A DNA stretch of 54,352 nt, counting the filler, from Squatina squatina (taxonomy: Eukaryota): NCBI GenBank assembly GCA_031763465.1. It is 2 parts of 2 records of this genome, joined end to end, with 100 filler letters (N's around TTAATTAATTAA, not from the genome) between each part and the next. Parts side by side here need not be neighbours in the genome. Positions count along the whole stretch, not along the records: positions 22,777 to 54,352 come from JARFOE010000120.1; 1 more part is not named here. One strand, given 5' to 3'. Positions 22,677-32,679 of the stretch are shown here, one piece after another. The translations under genes were made by a program, and so were the position numbers. Each line of letters starts with the position of its first letter. Position 1 is the stretch's first letter. A model generated the notes under the pieces. That model was not told the DNA's origin, did no database searches, and was given only the letters and a program-made list of their open reading frames with translations.

Positions 22677-22776
22677 NNNNNNNNNNNNNNNNNNNNNNNN
22701 NNNNNNNNNNNNNNNNNNNNTTAATTAATTAANNNNNNNNNNNNNNNNNNNNNNNNNNNNNNNNNNNNNNNNNNNN
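22677..22776. other. Artificial linker N44-TTAATTAATTAA-N44
   Basis: Palindromic six-frame-stop 12-mer centred in a 100-nt spacer. Confidence 0.95.
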
Positions 22777-22960
22777 AGTCCTTGTGTATATTTAAGGCTG
22801 AGATAGATAGATTTCTAATCAGTAAAGGAATCAAGGGTTATGGGGAAAGGGCAAGAAGGTGGACTTGAGGAATGTCGGATCAGCCATGATCAAATCAAAT
22901 GGCGGAGCAGGCTCGAGGGGCCGAATGGCCTACTCCTGTTCCTACTTCTTATGGTCTTAC
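22777..22960 (+). mobile_element. CR1 LINE 3' end
   Basis: aaggctgagatagatagattt...gatcagccatgatc...ggcggagcaggctcgaggggccgaatggcctactcctg. Confidence 0.88.
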
Positions 22961-23155
22961 TTAATCTGTCTCTTTTCCCTATTCAAGCCACTGTTGCTCG
23001 GTGTATTTTCTCTGACCCACTCTATAGAGCTGACATTAAATTTAAATTTAAAAAAAACGACAAGAACTGCACAGCGGGTTTCTTGCTATTCCATGTGCTG
23101 AACAATCTGCTCAGAGGTTTAGCATTTGCAGTTTTCATTTTTATTAAAATAACTA

Positions 23156-23278
<123 letters not shown>

Positions 23279-23696
23279 TCAATAGTGTAGAAAATGTAAT
23301 TATTTCCATTAAATCTTCCAAAAATAAAGAACTTGTATAAAAGCTAGCACAACTCTGGATTCCTATGTTTGCTATTAGACTATTTACATAAGTTTCAAAA
23401 GTGGAAATTACACACAAGAAGTTCAATTTAAAGAGATTCTAGTGAACTCACTAAAAACAATTCTGGGATTTTGTTCCTCCAAGGCATAAATGCAACTAAA
23501 TTTTATTGGCAACTTTACTTAAAAAGTGTAGGCACAACCATACATTTACAATGGAACTGTATTATACACCAATCAATTGGGAAAGACAAAGGGAAAACTT
23601 GCTCCTAATTGGTGTTTTATACAAAAAAGGCATTTGGTTAACTGTTGGTATATCTTGCTTTCAGGTTTGGATAAAACTGTACATTCATCTACTTAC

Positions 23697-23777
23697 TGGT
23701 CGTTCAACCAAGTCATCCCTACGTATGATCTCAGGAGGATAGATACCACCACGGATTCGAATATTGTACCAATGTGC
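23697..23777 (-). CDS. POLE: POLE exon 8 equivalent
   Basis: 81-nt exon; [27 protein letters not shown]. Confidence 0.95.
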
Positions 23778-24364
23778 CTAGAAAGTAAAATGTGGTTAAA
23801 AAATATAAAGAATCCTAATCAATACATAATCAAGTCAACACTGCTGAAAAATAGACAAAATTACAGAACTAACTTTCTACTTAAACAAAGCTTTCATAAC
23901 CTTGCATTGCTGAGATTACATCCAGATGAGCACAGTTACCTTTAATACCAGAGGAAGTCATCCAACAGGAATCACTGGCAGGAGAACTGTAACACTAGAA
24001 TTCTATTCCCAATAATCTCTACTTCATAAATATATGTTCAGAAAATTCTACCACGTGTGCCCAAGTTTAATTAAAATTGAAAGGGAGATTCGGCCGCAGG
24101 AATACTTTCACGCAACTCCTGGATGCTCAAACTCTATTGACGGAAATCTGGGAACAGGTCACCGGCTAACCTCTTGGCCACAAGTAGCACAAGACCCAGG
24201 AATACATGTTGGCTAGGGAGGATGGAAAGGTGTTCACAACTTCAAAGAAATTATGAGCCACGCTTGGTTTCAGATTCAGTTAATAGCTTTCCATTATCAT
24301 GGAGATAGCATTGGTTTACTTATACTTCAGTCCATAAATTCGAACAAAATATCAGTGTGCTCAC

Positions 24365-24503
24365 CACTTGAATCTTCAAATCAATGGATACTCGGACATG
24401 ATAAGGTACATCATATTCTCTGATGTCAATTATGTTTTCCATTTGATCAGAAATTTTCTTGGATGTTCCTTCCTCTTCGGTCACACTGCCCCCAGCCAAG
24501 GCA
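24365..24503 (-). CDS. POLE: POLE exon 7 equivalent
   Basis: [46 protein letters not shown]|GTgagc. Confidence 0.96.
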
Positions 24504-24732
24504 CTACCATTACAAACAAATATCACTAAACATAGAGCAAGAATCGCCACAAGATCCTATTCAATGCAGGAATAGCTTTACAGAAACTGATCTATAGACC
24601 AACGAGGCTTCAGCAATTTATTAATGCATAATNNNNNNNNNNNNNNNNNNNNNNNNNNNNNNNNNNNNNNNNNNNNNNNNNNNNNNNNNNNNNNNNNNNN
24701 NNNNNNNNNNNNNNNNNNNNNNNNNNNNNNNN

Positions 24733-24751
24733 GTTGGAAAGGTAAAGCAAC
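24733..24751 (-). CDS. POLE: POLE exon 4 equivalent (5' part, truncated by gap)
   Basis: tttttcAG|GTTGCTTTACCTTTCCAAC = VALPFQ (human VALPYKP). Confidence 0.8.
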
Positions 24752-25368
24752 CTGAAAAAAGAAAACTGAATGAATAATAACAATAAAGATAGTGACAAAA
24801 TTTAAATAACTATAAAACAAAGATAAATAGAAACAATGGCGAGAAATGAAAAGTTAAAAATATCTTTGTTCTTCACCAACTTTTCACATTGTTGAATTGA
24901 TTCTTTGTTATTTTAATGTCAAAATTGATCCAAAATACAGTAACAGCTATTCACTGGTGCATAACATTCACAAGAATGGCTAATCGTGTTAGCTTACTCA
25001 AGAAAGCTAGTGTTTATCCTGTGTTTTTGACTGTCTATTTAATATGGCACTTGGGGACACTAGGTCATAGAGAGAAGATTTTGAGCATGGCTGGGAAAAT
25101 TAAAATAATTTAGTTAGAGATCACAGGACCTGAGGTTATACTGAAGGTTTCAAACATGGGACAAGAAACACCTGACATAAACTGAAATTAAAATTTGAAG
25201 CGGAATTATCTACTTCGGTTTCCCACTGTATCAAAACTTATACTTACATCATATTGCAGTGTCAACTGTGCCTAGAAATCCAAATTCACAACATATAGAA
25301 GCCCAGTTACTCTTATGTATGTTGTCAGCCCGTTCCAGGATGATGAATACATCCATAACACTGCAAAC

Positions 25369-25417
25369 TAGTAACTAGACACAAATAGCAATTGAAGCCA
25401 TTTGTGTCTAGTTACTA
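25369..25417. repeat. Perfect 18-bp inverted repeat with 13-nt spacer in a POLE intron
   Basis: TAGTAACTAGACACAAAT (25369-25386) and ATTTGTGTCTAGTTACTA (25400-25417). Confidence 0.95.
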
Positions 25418-25772
25418 AAGAAGTTGCGGTGCAGGTCAGCTACAATCTAACTGAATGGCAGAACATAGTCGAGGAGATGAATGGTCTGTTTCTCTTCCTG
25501 TGTAGCAAATCATGCTATACCCCGAGTATACATCAATATATCTACACACAAAAATGTTGAACTACATGGTGTAAATGATAAAAGAGGACTTATTTTATTA
25601 TCAAATATAAAATGATCCAACTGCAATAATTAAGCTATATAAAAAAACATGAATTAACAGCTGTACATGAAACCCTTATACAGTTTGACTATTTGGCTTT
25701 TATCAGATGGAGTTAGAGATGGCTCATGGCGGACTAGGACATGCAAGTGTGCTTGCATACATTGTTACAGAC

Positions 25773-25853
25773 CTTAAACCTGCTCCCGTCCTCCTCAACA
25801 AAATAATAATCCACAACACTGATCATTCTCTTGTCTTCATCCAAGATTTCTGC
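25773..25853 (-). CDS. POLE: POLE exon 3 equivalent
   Basis: 81-nt exon; [27 protein letters not shown]. Confidence 0.95.
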
Positions 25854-26107
25854 CTGTGAATTGAAATTAATATACATCAGTACAGGAAAAAGAGTGGCAT
25901 TTAGCAAATGGACAGGGTTGTTTTTGATATACTAACTTTATACTGATGGATACAAATTATTTTATTCTCTGAAAAATTACTCAGTCACTGTAATCTACAT
26001 AAACAACATTGTTTGTGCCATTTGCAGCTCTACCAGCACAATGCCAAGGGTTATAGTGTAGCATTTATTTCAACTGGAACCAAGGTAAACTCAGAATAGC
26101 AACTAAC

Positions 26108-26243
26108 TGGGTGCATGTTGATAAGCCAGCCAGTACTCTCTCCTGGATCTTTGAGGCGCTCAAATCCAAACCGTGCATCCATCTCATCTGTCCACTGACT
26201 GCGCTCCAGGCGCTTGAGTGCAGGAAGGGAGGAGCCATCGTCA
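26108..26243 (-). CDS. POLE: POLE exon 2 equivalent
   Basis: [45 protein letters not shown]|GTtagt. Confidence 0.96.
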
Positions 26244-26587
26244 CTGAGAACAAAAACACAAGATATATATTTATATCATCCGTTAACAGCCATTTCATCA
26301 CGTAACACAAGAAAGAAGCTGGATCCTTACTTGTTCCTANNNNNNNNNNNNNNNNNNNNNNNNNNNNNNNNNNNNNNNNNNNNNNNNNNNNNNNNNNNNN
26401 NNNNNNNNNNNNNNNNNNNNNNNNNNNNNNNNNNNNNNNTGGACAGCTGTCAAGACTATCAGAAACCATTCAAAGTAACGGCAACCAACGTCTGAAAATT
26501 TAGTATTGTTGCCCGCTAGTGATCAACTCTGGGTAGTGCTGCACATTACCATTTTGTGTGACTCAGGTAATTTGGTCTTTCTTTGTC

Positions 26588-27010
26588 AGCTGTGGCTCAG
26601 GGGGTCTCAGTCTCGTTTCTGAGTCAGCAGGTTGTGGGCTCATAGTCCCAAGTCCAGAGACTTGAGCACAAAAATCTAGGTTGACACTCCAGTGCTGAGG
26701 AGGTGCTTCACTGTCGGAGGTGCCATCTTTCGGATGAGACGTTAAACCGAGGCCTCTCAGGTGGATGTAAAATATCCCATGGCACTATTTTGAAGAAGAG
26801 TAGGGGAGTTCTCCCCAGTGTCCTGGCCAATATTTATCCTTCAAACAACATCACTAAAACAGATTATCTGGTCGCTGTCACATTGCTGTTTGTGGGAGCT
26901 TGCTGTGCAAAGATTGGCTGCTGCATTTCTTACATTACAACAGTGACCACACTTCAAAATTATTTAGTTGGCTGTAAAGTGCTTTGGGGCTCTGGAAATG
27001 CAAGTCTTTT
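26588..27010 (+). mobile_element. Near full-length Deu-domain SINE
   Basis: tRNA-like head gctgtggctcag, Deu core, and tail gtaaagtgctttggg...aaatgcaagtcttt. Confidence 0.85.
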
Positions 27011-27199
27011 ATTCGAAGAATGACCATTTGGAAAAGCTACTAGAAGGCTGCCAACGCCCATGGAACCATCCTAAATGCTGTATAGGTGCTCCACAATGCT
27101 GTTGAAATAGTTATAGTACTAGTAGACATAGTACTCAACAGGTCCAGTCACTGTGGAACAGCAAACAAAACAACTAGAACGTGCACAAAACAGCATAGT

Positions 27200-27700
27200 T
27201 CACGATGGAGGATGCTAACTGTGTTCAGTGTTCTGGTCAGACTATATCTTGAGTGCTGAGCCCAGTTCTGGTCTCTTGAGACACAAGGGAAACATTGAAC
27301 CCTGGAAGAAGAGCTATGAGACTAATCACTAGCATCAAAGAACTGAGTGTAAAAGAAACATTTGGCCTATTCATTCTCGAAAGAATGTGACTGAGAGGAC
27401 CTCATATGTGATATAATCGGTAAAGTAAACCTTAATCTGGAGCACTACAAGCTAAACTGTGACAGTAGGAAAAAGGGGTACAGGATCAAATTGGTGATAG
27501 GCAAATTAAGAACTGCTGCCAGAAAGAAATTCATCCAAGGAGCAATACACATTTGGAATAAGCTTCTAGCTAGTGGAAGCAGAAACCCATGTCATTCAAG
27601 AGCCAGTAGAAGTCTGTGGTAGGGGATGATTGTAGATTTGTTTTCAATCGATGAATAATGGGCCAATGACCTTCCTTGTTTGTATTTATTTCCTGATCTT
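27200..27700 (+). mobile_element. Old CR1 3' fragment (a related copy lies at ~31400-31910)
   Basis: ctggtcagactatatcttgagtgctgagcccagttctggtc and a decayed 3' tail. Confidence 0.65.
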
Positions 27701-27747
27701 CTGAAAGAGTGTAAACTAGGGCTAATTAGGAGGGTTTTAGTGTTTGC

Positions 27748-28110
27748 TTGGCTCAGTTGGTAGCACTCCTGTCTCTAGGTTAGAAGGTTGTGGGTTCAAG
27801 TCCCACACCCAGACTTGAGTGCATAATTGAGGCTGACACGTCAATGCAGTATTGTAGGAGTGCTGCAGTAATCATGAGACATTAAACCGACGTTCTGTCT
27901 ACCTGTTTGAGTGATTTGGGGGGACATTAAAGATTGCATTGGAACTACTTGGAAAAAAAGTGAGTTCTTAAGGTGATCTGGCCAATATTCCTTTCTAACT
28001 AATACTATCTGTGTGACATTGCTGATGTGGAAAGCTTCCTTGTCTGCCTACACAACAAAAGTCATTCTAAAAGTAATTAATTTTGTGAAGTGCTTTGAGA
28101 TGTTTTATTT
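27748..28110 (+). mobile_element. Diverged Deu-domain SINE
   Basis: TGGCTCAGTTGG A box, GGTTCAAGTCCC B box, gagacattaaaccga core. Confidence 0.78.
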
Positions 28111-28182
28111 TTCTGTATATCAATTGGCAATACTGAGAGGAATGATCCACTAAAATGACCAGAAATAATGTGTCTGTAATAG

Positions 28183-28302
28183 GGGAAGAACTTGAAGGCA
28201 CTAAAGGATAAGATGCAGACTGGATACTGGACAGCACTGAAAATGAACTGGAAAGTTTGGACAATCTTCCAGTATATTAACATTAATTATGTTCCTGCTC
28301 AG
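28183..28302 (+). CDS. PXMP2: Peroxisomal membrane protein 2 (Mpv17/PMP22 family) exon
   Basis: 120-nt AG/GT exon; GKNLKALKDKMQTGYWTALKMNWKVWTIFQYININYVPAQ resembles human GFWPALRMNWRVWTPLQFININYVPLK; divergent from POLE as in human. Confidence 0.93.
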
Positions 28303-28616
28303 GTAAAGTATGTTTGCTGGTTGTAGAGGTGAATATGATTGTTTAATGATTGGTACTATGTCCATAGCCTGGGCTATTGAGCTCTGCCAATACATTTAAG
28401 GAACAACAGCCATTTTCAAGGTTCACCTGTGTAATATTGTAAAATGCCCAGCATGAATCAACATTGTTGCTCACAGGAAAGGTAATCCGTTAGCATGAAC
28501 TCCATATACACCTAGGNNNNNNNNNNNNNNNNNNNNNNNNNNNNNNNNNNNNNNNNNNNNNNNNNNNNNNNNNNNNNNNNNNNNNNNNNNNNNNNNNNNN
28601 NNNNNNNNNNNNNNNN

Positions 28617-29244
28617 GAGGTAGAGCTGGGTGTCGTCTGCGTACAAGTGGAACCTGATATGTTTTCGGATGATGTCGCAGAGGGGCAGCATGTAGACGAG
28701 CAATAGGAAGGGGCCAAAGATAGATCCTTTGGGGGACTCCAGAGGTAATCGTGCAAGAGCAGGAAGGAAAGCCATTGCAGGTGATTCTCTGGCTACGACT
28801 GGATAGATAGGAATGGAACCAGGTGAGAGCAGCCCCATCCAGCTGGACAACAGAGGCGAGGCTTTGGAGATAGGATGGTAGTATGCAAGGGGGTAGAGGT
28901 CAAGAGCGGGCTTTTGAGGAGATGACAGCAGATTTGAAGGGGTGGGGTAAGAGTACCTGAGGAGAGGGAACCATTAACAATACCAGCTAACATGGTGGGC
29001 CAGGAATGGAAGTTGGACAGTCAGCAGTTTGGTGGGAATAGGGTCGAGGATGCAGGAGGAAGATGAGCTTGGAGAGGGCTGAGGGAGAGAGGAGAGAAAC
29101 TAGAGAAAGATGCAAGCTCACGACTAGGGCAGGAAAGAACCTTACGGGAAGTTTGGCTTGGTGTGCTAGGGGAAGGGAGGGAAGCGGCATAGGCAGCTGA
29201 ATGGATGGTCTCAATTTTAGTGACAAAGAAGTCCTGAGCTCCTC
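28617..29244 (-). mobile_element. L2-clade LINE reverse transcriptase fragment
   Basis: [20 protein letters not shown] and DFFVTKIETI motifs. Confidence 0.88.
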
Positions 29245-29710
29245 NNNNNNNNNNNNNNNNNNNNNNNNNNNNNNNNNNNNNNNNNNNNNNNNNNNNNNNN
29301 NNNNNNNNNNNNNNNNNNNNNNNNNNNNNNNNNNNNNNNNNNNNATTGGGCCTCATTGTGCTCGTTTTATGCCCGTAAAACAGGGGCATAGAGGTCCAAT
29401 TCCTATCCCATTGACTCACTGGATATCATAATAAGCTCCCTCTACATGAGACAATCTGTGCAGGAAGTATCGTAGAAATGATCAAAATGAGTTGACCTTG
29501 TAAAATGTCACGAAGTCACTTGAGCTCCACATGTTACTTGCATGCTGCGTATAGAGTCCCAACTGCCTACGGCATTCACATTCTCATTTAAGTCTTATCA
29601 AGTGTTAAGTTTTAGACACAGTAGATGTTTGTAAATGTAAACCTTGAAATGAGCCAAGAAAAGTTATCAATTTAACTGTTGACTGTAGTTAGCTCTTAAA
29701 TGACTTTCAG

Positions 29711-29761
29711 ATGGAGAAAAGGCAGAATCGGCTCTCTTTGGACCTTCTCACATCGTGACAG
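29711..29761 (+). CDS. Candidate 51-nt symmetric micro-exon of an unidentified gene
   Basis: gactttcAG|ATGG...GACAG|GTatat; open in phase 1 as (D)GEKAESALFGPSHIVT. Confidence 0.35.
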
Positions 29762-30009
29762 GTATATTTTGCCGATAATATGTAAGTGCTTTTTCGGATT
29801 TATTTTCCTTTCAGAATACTTTTCTTCAAATTAAAATTCTCAGTTTTCTGAAGCTCCTATAGCTGTACAGAGTGTCACTGATGGCAGGCACAGGTCAATA
29901 AATTAGATCCTTGATCTCATGCGCTCAATTTACACCATGATAATTTTTCAATGTATATAGGGAGCTGCATATGACTACGCTGCAGGAAAATGTTAGCCAC
30001 ACTTCATAG

Positions 30010-30241
30010 AATCTTAGAATGATACAGCACAGAAGGAAACCATTTGGCCCTTCGTGCCTGTACTGGCTCTTGGAAAGAGTCCCATTCCAATTAGTCCCAC
30101 TCCCCTGCCCTTTCCCCATAGTCCTTCAAATTGCTCCCATAAGACCATAAGAAGTAGGAGCAGGAGTAGGCCATTCGGCCCGTCGAGCCCACTCTGCCAT
30201 TCAATTGGATCATGGCTGATCCGACATTTCTCAAGTCCACC
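30010..30241 (-). mobile_element. Two adjacent CR1 3'-end fragments
   Basis: acagcacagaaggaaaccatttggccc and ataagaagtaggagcaggagtaggccattcggccc (reverse-oriented CR1 tails). Confidence 0.8.
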
Positions 30242-30457
30242 NNNNNNNNNNNNNNNNNNNNNNNNNNNNNNNNNNNNNNNNNNNNNNNNNNNNNNNNNNN
30301 NNNNNNNNNNNNNNNNNNNNNNNNNNNNNNNNNNNNNNNNNTTTTTATTTGAGGATACTTATCTTCAAATAAAATCCCTGATTAAACCTAAAGGACAAGG
30401 TAAAGTGTAAAGGTTTACAATTTGATGACTGCAATTTCTCTCAAATGTTTTTTTCAG

Positions 30458-30508
30458 TTTCACAATTTGCGAAGTTTGATCTCATTGGATCTTGCCACCA
30501 TCTGCAAG
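30458..30508 (+). CDS. Candidate 51-nt symmetric micro-exon of an unidentified gene
   Basis: tttttttcAG|TTTC...GCAAG|GTattg; open in phase 1 as (V)SQFAKFDLIGSCHHLQ and in phase 0 as FHNLRSLISLDLATICK. Confidence 0.35.
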
Positions 30509-30684
30509 GTATTGTTTGGGATGCATATAAATACTTTTTACTATCATTAAAGGCTGTATTGTCCTTTGTCTGTTAAGTTAAACGGTTGAGCAAAACTTGT
30601 AGGAAGTGATAATGGATCATTTTCCATTTTTACTGCTACTCAGTCTTGCTCCCAACCTAAAAACATGTTCGTTGACTGTTAACT

Positions 30685-31073
30685 CCAAGGCTGAAGCATT
30701 GAAACAATCCTCAGCCAGAAGTGCCAAGTGAACGATCCTTCTCTGCGTCCTCCTGAGGTCCGCACCATCACAGATGCCAGTCTTCAGCCAATTCGATTCA
30801 CTTTGCGTGACTCAAAGAAATGGCTGAGTGCACTGGACACATTAAAGGCTGTGGGCCCTGACAACATCCTGGCTGTAGTGCTAAAGACCTGTGCTCCAGA
30901 ACTAATCCCACCCACAGCTATGCTATTTCAGTAAAGTTACAACCCTGGCATCAACCCAACATTGAGGAAAATAGCCCAGGTATATCCAGTCCACAAAAAT
31001 CAGGACAAATTCAACCAGGTAAATTACTGACTCATCAGCCTATTCCCAATTACCAGCAAAGTGATGGAAGGAG
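30685..31073 (+). mobile_element. CR1-clade LINE, RT N-terminal fragment
   Basis: ALDTLKAVGPDNI..VVLKTCAPEL and KIAQVYPVHKNQDK motifs with stops. Confidence 0.85.
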
Positions 31074-32221
31074 NNNNNNNNNNNNNNNNNNNNNNNNNNN
31101 NNNNNNNNNNNNNNNNNNNNNNNNNNNNNNNNNNNNNNNNNNNNNNNNNNNNNNNNNNNNNNNNNNNNNNNNNCTGCACATCCTTACTCACAGCAACTTA
31201 CCTTGCACCTCCACCCATCCCTCTTTCCTGGTCACAAACAATCTGGTTCAGCCACAGGCAGTAACCAGAAAGAGGGATGGAATCTGATGAAGTTGAAAGG
31301 GATTTGGGGTGAAAATAGATTCAGTGCTTAACATCTCAAATCACTGTGAAACAGCAATAAACAAGTAAATAGAATTCCAAAATATATTCTAGATCAGTGT
31401 CATAAATTGGACTATGTCATGCAAAAACTATAGTGCTCTGGTACTGTGTTCCATTTTAGTTACTAAGACGGAAAGCAAGCATTTAAGCAATGGAGACAGT
31501 GCTGAGAAGAGCCATTAGGCTGAACTCTGGAGTTAAAGAATTAAGTTTTGGCAAAATCTGGACAGACTGGAGCTCTTTAGCCTTGAAACAAGGCAACTGA
31601 TTATAGATCTTATCAAAGTTTGCAAGATATTAAACAGTTAAGAGAAGGTAAATCCAGAGTACTATTACAGGTTAAGCAAAAGCATTAGAACAAGGTTATA
31701 GCCTAAAATTGGTGAGAGCACAGATCAGGAAAAACTTCTTCATATAACAAGTGATCAGTAGTTTTCCATATACAGATGAGGTAAAAACCTCAGATTTACT
31801 CATGCTACAGTTAGATATTTCATAGGTGGTGGGGGACTATAAATATTTTTCTGATGCATGAGCTAAAATGGGCAAATGGCTCCTTCAACTGAATTTTCAT
31901 TATGATATTGTGAATGACTTGCAAAAAAGAGTTAACGGTGAGTCTCAGAGAAAGGCTCAAGAGGGGAAAGGGACAATCACTCACACCAATCAGGACAGAA
32001 ATTTCTTAAAGGGACAGCATCACAGATGATTTTCCTCCCACCCCCCTTCCCTTGGGATATGAATGAATGTGGAAGAATTGAACACTAAGAAAGTCAAGAA
32101 AATTGTAAGTTTTAATATTCTTGCTGAATTATGGATTCTTCAAGCAAATTGTATATTATATTTCATGTAAATGATTTACATTTCTCCCAACTTCATTTAA
32201 TTATTGTACTTTTATTTGCAG

Positions 32222-32679
32222 AAATGTTTAAAAAGTTGAAGAGAGGTGTGAACTTTGTTCAAAGACACAAAAAGGAAATTATTTGTTGTCTTAAAATGAC
32301 TCAGCCAATCTGGTCACATTTGCGATCCAAAAAGGTCATCAGCAAAGATGAAGAACATGAAGTTGCCTCTCACATTACAGAAACTCAACAAAATAGAGCC
32401 CTTGTTCAACTTATCATGAATAGGGGAGAAGAAGCAGAAGAAGGACTGTACAATGCTCTGCTAGAAAATGATCCTTACTTTGTGAACGATGTCGAATGTA
32501 ATTATTCAGACAAATTATGCAACAACTGTATAAAACGATGGAGTTTAGTTTCTTTACAGGGAGATAGCTTATCTGTACAAGAAATGAATAACAGAACTGG
32601 AAGAATGTGGCTTGCTCATTTAGTGTCTATATTTAGTGGCATGATTGCAGGTTATCTGCTTGGCTACAATTTTTCATAG
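32222..32679 (+). CDS. Terminal exon/ORF encoding a CARD domain plus a C-terminal transmembrane segment
   Basis: ttttatttgcAG|AA ATG acceptor. FVQRHKKEII...PIWSHL..KKVISKDEE..V....T..QQNRALVQLIMNRGEEA..GLYNALLENDPYFVNDV fits the CARD consensus; hydrophobic WLAHLVSIFSGMIAGYLLGY ends three residues before the stop. Confidence 0.8.

Noticed and set aside
32131-32221. Hydrophobic N-terminal signal or TM segment on the CARD ORF
   Set aside because: It is the AT-rich branch/polypyrimidine region before a strong acceptor, most likely intron.
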